64,000 bases of DNA from Octopus sinensis (lineage: Eukaryota): assembly GCF_006345805.1 (NCBI RefSeq), contig NC_043009.1, positions 38,688,001 through 38,752,000 on the forward strand, written 5' to 3'. Within the stretch, counting starts at the first letter, position 1, and the number at the start of each line of letters is the position of its first letter. The notes under the pieces were generated by a model. That model made no database searches and was not told the DNA's origin. It worked only from the letters and a program-made list of their open reading frames with translations. The position numbers and the translations under genes were made by a program. Below, piece after piece: positions 26,613-39,852 of the stretch.

Positions 26613-27797
26613 GGACCTCGACATAGCTGGAAAACTTGGAGTATGGTTACATGACTTCCTGAAAGATAGGAGTCAGGCAGTAGTGGTTAATGGAGCCACC
26701 TCTATGAACACACAAATAGTGAGCGGTGTTCCACAGGGCACTGTCTTGGGACCACTGCTTTTTATAGTGGCCCTCTCAGATATGCCCTGAAATGCCCGGA
26801 TAGCCACTCTGGCCAGCTATGCAGACGATAAGAAAGTCTCGCAGAAAATACAGAACCCCAGCGATGTTGGACACCTGCAGCAAGAGTTGGACTCAATCTA
26901 CAAATGGGCTGAGGATAATAATATGCAGTTTAATGCTGAACAATTCCAGGCCCTGCGCTACCAGCATCCAAAACTGAATATTAAACTTACAGGATACACC
27001 GGTCCACAGGGAATTTTCAATCCCAGAGCCTAAGTCTGTGAGGGACCTGGGTATCCACATGAGTGATGATACCTCTTTCCAAGTGCACATTACCAGGATG
27101 GCGACAAAGTGCAGACAACTGGCTGGGTGGATTCTAAGAACATTCAGAACCAGAGATAAGGAAACCATGATGGTCCTCTGGCGGACATTCGTCCTCAACC
27201 GCCTGGATTACTGCTCACAGCTATGGTCACCCACCAGTGTAAAATTAACAGCAGACCTTGAAGCAATCCAGAGAAGATTCACAAAGAAGATCGTCTCTTT
27301 GCAACAGCTCAGCTACTGGGAAAGGTTGAAACAGCTAAGACTCTACTCCCTGGAGAGAAGACGGGAGAAGTATGCAGTAATATATGTCTGGAAGATCCTG
27401 GAAGGAATTGTGCCAAATTTTGGCATTGTAAGCTACACCAACGCTAGAACAGAACGACATTGCATAGTGCCAAAGATCCCAGCAATACCATCACGCTTCA
27501 GGACCAGCTTCTGTATCAGCTTGGGTTTCAAGGGCCCACAGCTTTTTAATATTCTCCCAAAGAGTCTGAGGAACTTGCACAAAATAGATGTAGCGGTTTT
27601 TAAATCAAAGCTGGACATCTTCCTGTCAAGAGCCCCAGATGAACCTATCTCACGGCAAGAGGTGCAAATGAGAGTAGCTGTATCAAACTCCATTCTTCAC
27701 CAAGTGCCACATATTAGACGAAGTTCTTCGCAATAACAGTGTAGCACAAAACGGTGGTGCATCAGCATGGCCGCAGCTCTGAGCTGAAACTAGAGAA
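26613..27797 (+). mobile_element. CR1-group LINE, 5'-truncated (RT C-half and 3' end)
   Basis: SGVPQGTVLGPLLFI...YADD; ORF 27038-27736 RDLGI..SDD..F..HI...RLDYCSQLWSP..LEAIQRRFTK..LSYWERLKQLRLYSLERRRE; ends in an A-rich tail. Confidence 0.92.
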
Positions 27798-27802
27798 AAA
27801 AA

Positions 27803-27868
<66 letters not shown>

Positions 27869-27922
27869 GTATATATATATAACTACATACACACACACAT
27901 ATATTTGTTCATGTATATGTAC

Positions 27923-27972
<50 letters not shown>

Positions 27973-28342
27973 TCTATATATATACACACGTACATACACA
28001 CAGACACATATATATATATATATACATGTGTGTGTGGGTGTGTGTGTGTGTGTCTGTGCGTGTGTGTGTGTTTGATTTATGGTGTGAAGAATATAAAAAT
28101 TAGGCGTTAAATATCTGAATGTAAAAACATAGTTGTAAGCTAGAAATTGTTGCTACTGCTTAGTGACTGAAGGTTTAATTTTCTGGGGTGACCTCTGATG
28201 GAAGGCATTTCAGCAGGGACTCTCTCTCCTTTTTTTCTTTTTTTTTTCATATTTCAATCTTTCCTGCCTGTAAAACTTTCGGATGTTATTCGATAGACAC
28301 TTGTTTACCATATCTACCAAATCTTGCAATTAAGTAGAAACA

Positions 28343-28445
<103 letters not shown>

Positions 28446-28458
28446 CACACACACACAC

Positions 28459-28506
<48 letters not shown>

Positions 28507-29041
28507 AACACGCACAGACACATACACACACAAACACACACACACACGTTGCTTTGAAATGTGAAAAATATATAAGTTTAGGCCTTTCATACATATTATA
28601 ATACTTCCACTTCCATACAAGAGTAAAAAATATAGTTTTAACTTAAAAATTACATTAAAACATCATACTATATTTGGTTTACACAGATTTTATATATTGA
28701 ATATGCTATTTAGCAGTTTCTTCTCCAAATTATTACTGAATGCAAAGATAATTAGATTTGATATAAAAATCCCTCGAGGCTAGTAATTGCTGTGTAGGCG
28801 AATATATAAATATTAGTAAGATTATTAAACAAGCAACGACAAGAACAACAACATTGTAAAGCTTTTAATTGAATATTAGTCATAATTAGATTAACATTAT
28901 TTTGAGTTGGTTATATTAAACTTAAGGATAGAGTTATAAACTGATAAACAAACTCATACCTACCTCGTACGCATACACTGAAAAAGAGAGGAGATAATGA
29001 GATAGAGAGAAGGAGAGAAAGGTAGGTAAATAGGGAGAGGT

Positions 29042-29075
<34 letters not shown>

Positions 29076-29207
29076 GGAGAGAAAGTGGGAGGTAGGTAGG
29101 GAGGGAGAGATCGAATATTATCAATGAAAAACCAGTGGAAACAAGTTTCCATAACTCGATCGGAATAGCGGGAGATCGGCTGTTACTAGCACACAAACAC
29201 ACACACA

Positions 29208-29269
<62 letters not shown>

Positions 29270-29481
29270 CTCATATATATTCATATATACACAGGGAGAA
29301 ACGCACACAAACGTATACATAGATATATACACACACGTACATATACACACAGACACACATATACACACACACATAGATATACATATATATATATATATAA
29401 TACATGTACATATATATATATGTATGTGTATATATATAAGTTAGGTAACTTATATATATATATAAATGTACGAATGTATGC

Positions 29482-29548
<67 letters not shown>

Positions 29549-29553
29549 AATGC

Positions 29554-29592
<39 letters not shown>

Positions 29593-30069
29593 AATATATA
29601 ATTTAACGAAGGCAGCTATAAATGCATGCATACATACATGCATGCATACATATATACATATACATATACATGCATTCATGCACACACACATATATATTTG
29701 TACATATATGTTTTATGTTCCATTTGTGAAATTACATAATACGATCTTAGGGTATCATGTTAAAATCCAAACACACATATATAAACACGTAATGAAAAAT
29801 GCATAAAATATAAGCTTTTATTCCGTAAACAAGTAATTGAAATTTTCCTTTCTCTGAAATCCTCCTCTGTAGGCTTGGGTCAGAGTGTAAATAACCATGT
29901 TTTCCTTTCACAAGCCGATACTAAACTGATGAAATCAGTTTACAGTTCATCTCATGGAAGCGCACATTAGCGATATTTCATTTTCAAACAAATTTCCTCT
30001 AATAAGACGGTGGGTGAATTTACACAACACAATAGAAGTAAACATTTAGCTTTACATACTCATGATGTA

Positions 30070-31294
30070 CACAGACATGCAGGAAGTAAAAGACACCTTT
30101 AATTTTCAAAATCTTTATTTAATACGCAAAACGAACAATTGAAATGTAATCGACAGGTAGGACTACATACTTTAGTATTTAGTTGATATTCCCTTTGCAG
30201 TTTTTAATTCAGAAACTCTTTTTGGCATTGAACTGATGAGCTTTGTGATTGCCTCTTGTGGAATTTCTGCCCACTTTCGACGCAACAATCGAAACAATTC
30301 ATCTTTAGATTTAGGTTTCTGTCGCGTTTTTCGTATAGCTCTATCTCATATTCTCCAAAGATTTTCAGTTGGGTTGATGTCAAGAGATTGGCTGGGCCAA
30401 GGAAGCTTTTTGATCCCATTTTCAGTCAGCCATTGTTGATCCCTTTTCGCTGTGTGACATGGAGCCCCATCTTCCACGAATAAAAACTCAATTTTCGCTA
30501 TTATCGTGTGAATACATCGGAAGTAGTCCTTGCTTAAGTATTTCGTTGTACTTTTCAGAGTTTATGGTTCTAATACATTCGATCAGCTCAGAACGACCAT
30601 TGCTGGTGACAGCTCCCCATTCCATTACAGAGATACCGCCATGTTTCACAGTTGGTTGGAGGCGTTTCAAATCAAATTCATAATTTGAAACACGCCCACT
30701 GAAAATAATGCAAATCTGGATTCATCTGAGAAAATCAGTCTATCCCAAAAATGAACTGGATTTTTCTGACATCACCTTAGCCCATTTCTTTCTTTTCATG
30801 ATATTAATTGGTTGAAGGAGAGATTTTCTTCTAGCTGCCTGTCTATAGACCCAAACTTATGCAGATATGTAACACACGTTCTTGGACTAATTTTTTGCAA
30901 TGCCAGAAGCCTTCGAACGGGGTTCGTTTTCCACAATTCTCTTCAAACAGCGAAGCTTCCTTTTCGGGGGCCCAGGTCAACTAGGACGAGAATCTGTTGA
31001 TTCTTTTCCTTGGCTTTTAAATTGTACTATAATTGTATTAACAGTAGCAAGAGGAATTTGCAGATTTTCAGCAATTTTTTGCTGGCTAAGACCAGCCTCA
31101 GATTGCCCAACAATACGACCTCTTTGAAAATCTGACAGTTCTGCTGAATTTTTTTACTCTTCACAAAATTTTAATATAATGGCACCTGGAATGAAAAAAA
31201 AATAATTACGTTGTAAATTTTATACCACTGAAAACATAGGACGCTTAGATCAGAAATTTTGAAAATTAAATGTGTCTATTTACTTCCTGCATGT
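30070..31294 (-). mobile_element. Tc1 transposon, near full-length (~1.2 kb), decayed transposase
   Basis: TIRs cacagacatgcaggaagtaaaagacacc / tgtgtctatttacttcctgcatg. Minus-strand motifs TVKHGGISVMEWG, EDGAPCHT, WPSQSLDINPTENLW, ISSMPKRV. Same family as 355-928. Confidence 0.93.
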
Positions 31295-31584
31295 ACAAAT
31301 AGTGATGTTTGCGTCATTGAAACAGCTACCAAGTACATTAAATTAAGTGCTATACGTGGAATTTATACTTGCTTCTTTTCATTCTAAATATAACCTAACA
31401 AAATTACGCCATGTATGCACACACACACCTACCCACACTCACACACACACACATACACACGCACAAAACACATATATATATATGCAGACACGTACACACT
31501 CATACACACATTCTAGAAGTTTTGACATACTTTTATAGAGCCATTTATAACTGTCTCAGATTATAATTTTAGCATATCATTAAT

Positions 31585-31890
31585 GTGTGGAGGCGCAATG
31601 GCTCAATGGTTAGGGCAGCGAACTCTCGGTCGGAGGATCACGGTTTCGATTCCCAGACGGGCGTTGTGTGTGTTTATTGAGCGAAAACACCTAAAAGTTC
31701 CACGAGGCTCCGGCAGGGGGTGGTGGCGACCCCTGTTGTACTCTTTCACCACAATTTTCTCTCACTTTCTCTTCCTCTTTCTTGAGTAACGCTGCGATGG
31801 ACTGGCGTCCCATCCAGCTAGGTTGAACACATACGCTACAGAAACCGGGAAACCGGGCCCATGAGCCTGGCTAGGCTTGAAAAGGGCGAC
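31585..31890 (+). mobile_element. SINE family A, tail type 2
   Basis: Head and body match 23440-23831; the 3' part is gctgcgatggactggcgtcccatccag...atgagcctggctagg. Confidence 0.88.
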
Positions 31891-31929
31891 ATTTATCGTT
31901 ATATTATTAATGTACATCTAATAATTTTA

Positions 31930-32392
31930 CCTGCCAACACTTGTTATTCCAGATCGAAGGAGACGGCTGTAATAGCACTTTGAACACATCCTACTAAACA
32001 CTCCTTGTCACAGTATACTGAACATTGCTTGTCAAAAACCCGTCCTGATAACGAACTACTTGGTAGAGAAGTGCATCAAAAATCTCCCTCACCTCTCCTA
32101 CAGTTCCAGACTTTGCCCTCTGTAACTTTTGTTTGATCCCTAAGATGGAATAGACCCTCAGGCGCAGTTATCTTGAAAACATTGAGAATGTGAAAGGGAT
32201 TGTGACGTGGTTCCTGAACAATTTACTTAGGAGGACATCCTCGAGGCTTTTACGAAGTTGCTAGAGTGACAGAACAAGTACTTTGGTGTTAGAGGGTCCT
32301 ACTTTGAAGGACACTAGAAGTTTAATTACTTCTTTGCAATTAAGATATGTCTCTTCTGAAAAGGTCTCAAAATTCCCGGAATGCATTCGTTA
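31930..32392 (+). mobile_element. Mariner transposase C-terminal fragment plus right end
   Basis: Degenerate SYSPD(F)ALCNF.L.PKM...ENIENVK...EAFTKLLE...GVRGSYFEG*, then a TIR-like end ...tctcaaaattcccggaatgcattcgt|ta. Confidence 0.65.
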
Positions 32393-32489
32393 AGTTGTGC
32401 TTTCTTAAGCAATTATAGTTCAAGAACTTATCTTGGAAGGTGCTTAGTATAACTTTCTTCGACTTAATCGTGCAAATTTCTTCTTTTTT

Positions 32490-32900
32490 TTTTACTGCCC
32501 ATAAGGGGCTACACACAGAGGGGACAAACAAGGACAGACAAACGGATTAAGTCGATTATATCGACCCCACTGCGTAACTGGTTCTTATTTAACCGACACC
32601 GAAAGGATGAAAGGCAAAGTCAACCTCGGAGGAATTTGAACTCACAACGTAACGGCAGACGAAATACTTATTTCTTTACTACCCACAAGGGGCTAAACAC
32701 AGAGGGGACAAACAAGGACAGACAAATGGATTAAGTCGATTATATCGACCCCAGTGCGTAACTGGTTCTTATTTAACCGACACCGAAAGGATGAAAGGCA
32801 AAGTCGACCTCGGCGGAATTTGAACTCAGAACGTAGCGGGCAGACGAAATACGGCTACGCATTTCGCCCGGCGTGCTAACGTTTCTGCCAGCTCGCTACC
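32490..32900 (-). mobile_element. SINE family B head-to-tail dimer
   Basis: Two ~190-bp near-identical units; only the one ending near 32900 has the gtagcgagctggcagaaacgttagc head. Confidence 0.9.
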
Positions 32901-33155
32901 TTAATCGTGAAAATTTCTGCCACTGGTCACTCAACGATATTCCTCTTAGTTCATTTTCGTAAATTATGCAAATCAACCAAGGAGTATAAAGGTTTCTCTC
33001 AGTAAACAAACGTAGTGCAACCAGAGCCAATGTATGTAATTGTCAAAACATAGGGCTTCGAATGATGAACGTTCGGGTTTTGATTGGCAATAGGGAACGT
33101 GGGAAAAAATCTGATCTTTCAATTTAATATATATATATTTAATATATATATATAA

Positions 33156-33566
33156 GGCGCAGGAGTGACTGTGTGGCAAGTAGCTTGCTAACCAACCACA
33201 TGGTTCCGGGTTCAGTCCCACTGCGTGGCATCTTGGGCAAGTGTCTTCTGCTATAGCCCCGGGCCGACCAATGCCTTGTGAGTGGATTTGGTAGACGGAA
33301 ACTGAAAGAAGCCTGTCGTATATATGTATATATATATAAGTGTGTGTGTATATGTTTGTGCGTCTGTGTTTGCCCCCTTAGCATTGCTTGACGACCTGGT
33401 GTGTTTACGTCCCCGTCACTTAGCGGTTCGGCAAAAGAGACCGATAGAATAAGTACTGGGCTTACAAAGAATAAGTCCCGGGGTCGATTTGCTCGACTAA
33501 AGGCGGTGCTCCAGCATGGCCGCAGTCAAATGACTGAAACAAGTAAAAGAGAAAAGAGTAAAGAGT
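33156..33566 (+). mobile_element. SINE family C, full-length reference copy
   Basis: gcgcaggagtgactgtgtggcaagtagcttgc...ggttcagtccc...cagcatggccgcagtcaaatgactgaaacaagtaaaagag. Confidence 0.92.
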
Positions 33567-33844
33567 AATATCGTTACTCCATAACTGCGTCAAGTTTTAC
33601 CTTTAATTCTTCTTGTCAACAACGACACATTTGCATTCACGCGTTAACAAACATTATATACACATGCACACACAAATATACACAACTCCGCCTATGTACA
33701 AACACATACTTTATATATACGATTGCACCAGTGTGCGCTCGCGAACTGGTGTATGTAGCGTGTGTGTATGTAGCAAACGCGTATGTAGCAAACATGTGAA
33801 CACAGAGGTTTCAGTATAGACTAAAAGGTAAAACGAGACACATT

Positions 33845-34180
33845 GAGACCCCCATCGGTCTTGACTGACCGTGGTGTTGCACCTAGAAAGTTACCCTCCC
33901 AGGCACAAGTCCGGGCAAGGTTGTTTATGGAAGACCAGCACTCGCCCATGCATACCAGCTTCCCCTCTCCACGCCACCAGTGTTATCCAAGGGAAAGAAA
34001 AGGCCGATACGGCTTGGCACCTGTGACATCGCAACTCATTTCTACAGCTGAGTGAACTGGAGCAACGTTAAATAAAGTGTTTTGCTCAAGAACACAACAC
34101 GCAGTCCGGTCCGGGATTCGAACTCACAACCTCACGACGTAAGCTCGACACTCTAACCACTGAGCCATGCGCCTTCACAC
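33845..34180 (-). mobile_element. tRNA-derived SINE family D
   Basis: Reverse complement: gaaggcgcatggctcagtggttagagtgtc...gagttcgaatccc, then tgttcttgagcaaaacacttt..ccagttcactcagctgtagaaatgag (resembles the Deu/Nin-type conserved core). Confidence 0.85.
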
Positions 34181-34338
34181 ATACTCATATATAAATGTAC
34201 GTGCATGTATATGTTTGTCTGATTATATGTGTATGTATTTATGTCAGTAATTAAGGCACTAATGAAGAATAAATAAAAGCTGTAGATCTATTCAATTCAA
34301 ATGTTATATCGGTCACATAAGCTCTCCTCCTTACTCAC

Positions 34339-34522
34339 CACGTAGATACAATAAGCATCTCTTGCATTGCACTGCGACACAAATCGAAACTAGACAGGAA
34401 AACATTATATAAAAAATACACCTGACCTATGCAAAATTCTTCACGAAACTTGATACTTAATAAGGGAAAAATACTCACTCTTAGCACAACACGACTTTCA
34501 AATATTCTGATGACATTTAAAT
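34339..34522 (-). CDS. Candidate pair of small exons (34479-34522 and 34339-34389) with an 89-nt intron
   Basis: Acceptors tttctttcaattag and ttttcctgtctag; donors aga|gtgagt and gtg|gtgagt. The spliced frame is open: DLNVIRIFESRVVLR|FRFVSQCNARDAYCIYV. No homology recognised. Confidence 0.33.
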
Positions 34523-34839
34523 CTAATTGAAAGAAATTAAGATTCCAGATAATGATTATTCCAATTACATTGCAGCTGGCTACTATAATGAGGTCACAAC
34601 ACACACCAAAACTCTTCCGTTCTGAGGATGAGACTGTGAAGATTTAAAAACATTCATGATGGGTTCAGAGACTTTAATATTAAAGGCAAATTGCAATGAT
34701 CCCCTACACAAATATGAAAACAAACATGGATAAAACACAAAAATGTTTTCAATATATACTTGAAAGAAAAGATGGTCGCATTTGTATACTTACATGCACG
34801 CATACATACATGCATACCTACACACATACATACTTACAT

Positions 34840-34925
34840 ACATGATGGCTGCCCCCTCGTTATCGAGTATGGCCATTGCACGAAGCTCAACTGTTATTGG
34901 TCCTGTGATCGAATGTGACTTTTAT
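34840..34925 (-). mobile_element. 3' tip of the same RTE family as 955-1515
   Basis: Reverse complement cacattcgatcacaggaccaataacagttgagcttcgtgcaatggccatactcgataacgagggggcagccat matches 1440-1512; followed by (TATG)n. Confidence 0.85.
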
Positions 34926-35994
34926 TTGCTTTTTAAGGCTAGAGCCAGCCATTCAGTTGAGACTCACAGCACCATCAACAATCATGAACAATGTTATCGT
35001 GCAATGCCTGTGCAATAAGATTTTTTTTTAAAGTGAGGAAAGGCTGTGCACTGAGTCAATCCAACTCACTAAGCAATAGTACCCATAATCCGTAAAGAAG
35101 AACAAGTCAACATCATCGGTAACCACTGAGCCGCTGGTTTTATGTCGGAGTTATCCCAGTTACCTGAGTTACCTTCTTCTAGAAGGATGCCCTAACAAAG
35201 GCTAGGAGTCCTTCACTCCCAATGGTTTGACCGCGCGATCGGGTATTCAGTCCGATTATTTCTATGTCCCCGCGCATGATATATCCTTAAGCTTTAAGAA
35301 AAAAAAATTACACATTTATTGGATCGCCGTTGACTCTCAAGAGTTCCTCCGCCCTTTTGACGGGTTTTGTTTTTCATCCCGCAGGGTGTCCAGTAAACAC
35401 CCTCCTCACCAAGCAAGCTTGGTGGGGTTGCCGGTTTAGTCGCCGACGGCCCGACCATACATACATACATACATACATACACACATACATACATACATAC
35501 ATACATACATACATACATACATACATACATACATACATACATACATACATACATACATACATACATACAAACATACATACATAAGGCGGCGAGCTGACAG
35601 AAACGTTAGCACACCGGGCGAAATGCGTAGCTCAATGTATATGGCTCGTTATAGCCGGAACAGCTTTAAGATAATGAAGGTGTTTACATAACACTAGTTC
35701 TGTGGCCCTCATTCACTAATATTTTACCCTTTACTGACTTATTAGTTCATATAAGAGTCCGCTGAAGTTGGAGACGTCCAATAATGCACAGTTATTCTCA
35801 ACCAAAGCTTTGTAACACAGTGAAATATAAAGTAAATTCTAGTTAGAACGACTGGTACAGCTACAGCAAAACGAACTCATAAAACACACACTCACATGTA
35901 TGTATGTATGTATGTATGTATGTATGTATGTATGTATGTATGTATGTATGTATGTATGTATTTATGTATGTATGTATGTATGTATGTATGTATG

Positions 35995-36028
<34 letters not shown>

Positions 36029-36749
36029 GAGCATATAGTGTAATACCAAATATTTAAATGAAGTACATCTTCCTATTTCTACTATTTACAGACACTTACG
36101 AGGGCATGTATACACATATGTAGATAGATATGTACTCACACAAAATCTCCGTATTTCTCCATCTTTGTTTCTGTTTGTCTGTATGTCTTCCTCTATCTTT
36201 CGCCCCCTCTCTCTCACGCTCACACATACACGTGCATACTACACACACATACACATACACATAAATATATGCATGTATGAGTCATGCTTTATATCGTTCG
36301 TCGCCTAAAATGGCGGCCATAAAAGAGGAATAAAAATTGTACATTTGGATATCATGAACCGCATATAATGGAAACATCTTTAAGAGAAAAACACTATAAA
36401 CCACATCAACATTTCCCCCGGTTAGTATAAGAGAAAAAAGAACTACAAAACACAGAAATATTTTCCGGTTAGTAATTAAAAGACCCATATAAATGAAAAT
36501 AATAAAAATAAACTAAAAAAGCAAAAAAAAAATTAAATTCTCATTTCATTTTCCTTAACACCTTAAAACGAATGCCGGCAGGAAAGGTAATATTGTTGGT
36601 AACTAGAAAAACTAAAGAACTAAATGAATAAATATATATATATATATATAGATAAATAAATAAAAGACTCCCAGAAAATTGATTCGTACAATGTATAATT
36701 TTTCTTGATGTTTGCTTTACCCTTAATAAGTGTATCTAATTTGTTTCAG

Positions 36750-36857
36750 CTAGCGACAAAGGCTTATCACATGTATATCATAATGAAATCTTCAACGCTG
36801 TTACTGGCAGTCTTAATTTCTGCTAGTTTCCTCAAGAGAATATCTGTATTCCGTTGG
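36750..36857 (+). CDS. Candidate exon encoding a hydrophobic, signal-peptide-like segment
   Basis: Acceptor tctaatttgtttcag, donor tgg|gtgagg; MKSSTLLLAVLISASFLKRISVFRW from ATG 36783; upstream donor aaag|gtaata at 36587. Confidence 0.25.
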
Positions 36858-37359
36858 GTGAGGATCTCATTGAATATTCTTTATGATATCTGAGCTTCAG
36901 TTTTAATTAGTATTGAGATATAATCCAATAATTGCACATGCTAATTACTCTATCACTATATCGAAGAGAAACTGTCAACATACTGATAAGCCCTGTCTGA
37001 ATAACAAACACGTTCAATACAAAACAAGTGCATCATTCTAAGTCTGTCATAGATGGGAATTGTTCTATTGTGTTTTGAAATTTTCCATTGAATCTATAGA
37101 ATCATTGCAGTTTGTTTGAGGGCGGTGGATTAGCGGAAAATTGTAATGTGTCTTTGTGAGACTTCAATATGTTTAAGCGATTGATTCAAGTTCAAATTCT
37201 AAGTAGAAAAGAACTGTGGTTAAATGTATCTGTGAAAAGGCACTCATAATACTACATATTATGGACAATATAATCGTTTTGTTACATACAAAAACGCATG
37301 CACACCCGCACACCCACACCTACGCGCGAACTCATATTTTAATATAAATGTATCATCTT

Positions 37360-37742
37360 TTACTTGTTTCGCTCAATAGACTGCAGCCATGCTGCGGCAT
37401 AATTTTAAAGAAATTTTTAGTCGAATGAATCAACCCAAGTAGTAAGCCTGGTGCTTATTTTACCGGTTTCTTTTGCCGAACCGCTGAGTTACAGGGATGT
37501 AAGCAAACTAACACCGATTGCCAAGCGGTGGGGGGGGGGGACAAAACACAAACACAAAGGCAACCCCCTACACTACACACATGTATATATATATACGACG
37601 GGCTTCTTTCAATTTCCGTCTACTAGACCCACTCCAAGACTTCGGTGGGCCTGAGGCTAAAGTAGAACACACTGGCACAAGGCACCACGCAACCCGGAAC
37701 TAAATGGCTGATAAGGAAACTTCTTACCACACAGACACTCCT
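37360..37742 (-). mobile_element. SINE family C, diverged
   Basis: Shared head, body and tail motifs. Confidence 0.8.
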
Positions 37743-38022
37743 ACATATATACAGGCACCGCCTTTACTGTGATTGATCATTATTTCAAATTTACTTCAGA
37801 GAACTATTTCTGGTGAAGAAACTAGCTGGACCGAGTTACTATTCTTTGTGTTTCTTGCCACAATGTGGAATCATCTTGTATTTCACATACGAATTTCTCG
37901 AAATATTATTTGAACACAGCCGCATCTTCACCTTGAGATCCATGAAGTTGTTAGGCAGAGACTAATAGATCATGGGATGGATTCTTGGACCCAGCGACGT
38001 TATGTTCTTCATCAACACACTT

Positions 38023-38375
38023 CATTTCCCGTTGCTCTGCTATCATTTCACGTTGCTCTGCTATCCTTTCACGCTGCTCTGCTATCCTTTCACGCTGCTC
38101 TGCTATTATTTCACGTTGCTCTGCTGTCATTTCACGTTGATCTACTATTATTCCATGTTGCTCTGCTATCCTTTCACGCTGCTCTGCTATTATTCCATGT
38201 TGCTCTGCTATCCTTTCACGTTGCTCTGCTATTATTTCACGTTGCTCTGCTGTCATTTCACGTTGATCTACTATCATTTCACGTTGCTCTGCTATTATTC
38301 CACGTTGCTCTGCTATCATTTCACGTTGCTCTGCTATCCTTTTACGTTTATCTGCTATCCTTTCATGTTGCTATC
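38023..38375. repeat. 21-bp minisatellite (about 16-17 units, consensus catttcacgttgctctgctat)
   Basis: Units can be read directly; the minus frame encodes (IAEQREM/I/R)n. Confidence 0.95.
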
Positions 38376-38476
38376 AGTTGGATGGAGGGTTTGAGCTAAT
38401 GTACAGCCATGCATTTGATTACTATAAACAAATAATTTCTTAGATTATTCCGCAAAACACTGAACACTCATATGAC

Positions 38477-38512
<36 letters not shown>

Positions 38513-39045
38513 GATACATGCATATATACATATATATGTATATACATACATGAAAATATAAATATTATTAAAATAACATTTATATCCGGCAAGAATAAAG
38601 CACCAAATAGGAGAGAAATGTAGTGGATATTTCAGAATTTGGTCGTCCAAGGTGGACTCAACTGAAGTTAACCAATCGGATTTACGCTCATGCATGTGAT
38701 ATGAAGTGTTTGAAAATGCAGTATTGAGTTATTCCTCTAACGGTCTCCGTAGAGGTAAGACAACATTTTCCTACATTCACCGCCCGCGCACATCTCTGCC
38801 TGTAAATATTCAGTGAAGCTCAATATAGCACCGTAAACTTTCCGGCTGCTATTTCTAGCAATGATCATACTTCGTGTACACCTTCTTTATATACATACAT
38901 ACGTACATACATACATACATACATACATACATACATCATACATACATACATGCATACATACATATATACATACATACAGACACACACACACACAACACAC
39001 ACACACAAACACACATACACACACACACACACAATATATACTATA

Positions 39046-39077
<32 letters not shown>

Positions 39078-39124
39078 TATAAGCGTCCAGTGAGTACAGT
39101 GGCTTTATCAATTAAAGAATGGAG

Positions 39125-39302
39125 ATAGCGATCCGGTAGAATCGTTACCGCGTTGGGCAAAATATTTAACATCATTTTGTCTGTGTCTGTTCTGTGTTCA
39201 AATTCTACCCGGGTAGACGTTGCTTTTTATCTTTTCGGGAAGACAAAATAAGTAGAAGTTGAACACTGGGATCGATGTAAGCGACTTACTCCTCTCCCGA
39301 AA
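39125..39302 (+). mobile_element. SINE family B, diverged
   Basis: gtagaatcgttacc head, gtgttcaaattc, gggatcgatgtaagcgactta. Confidence 0.7.
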
Positions 39303-39640
39303 GTGCGTAGTTGCCTTCATTAAGCTTACAATTGCTTCTGCTACGAGAAATATTGCACTGAGACCTGAATGCGTATTCGACATCTTATAGCATCTTTGGA
39401 GCCGTCTAAGTGCAGTTTACGTTTATTTTGGAAAACATTTAAATACCAGACGTTATAAGCTGTTCTCAAACAAGCACTCAACTCTGAGTGTTATGGTTCT
39501 TATAACAGAAACAGCTGTTAAGTAATGGAAGTCCTATAACTCATGCTGTTTTGTCATACATCAATCTATGTACGGATGCATCCATCCATTCATCATCATC
39601 CGTCCGTCCGTCCGTCCGTCCGTCCGTCTGTCTATCTGTC

Positions 39641-39673
<33 letters not shown>

Positions 39674-39821
39674 TCTATCTATATCTATCCATCCATCCAT
39701 CTATCCATCCATCCTCCATCCATCCATCCACCCATCCATCCATCCATCCATCCATCCATCTATCTATTCTATCTATCTATCTATATCTATCTATCTATCT
39801 ATTCTATCTATCTATCTATCG

Positions 39822-39852
<31 letters not shown>

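Noticed and set aside
27038-27736. 232-aa ORF as a host gene
   Set aside because: It is the CR1-type RT C-terminal region, frameshifted from the upstream YADD segment.
38023-38375. CRISPR-like array
   Set aside because: Contiguous 21-bp units without unique spacers, eukaryotic context, no cas genes.
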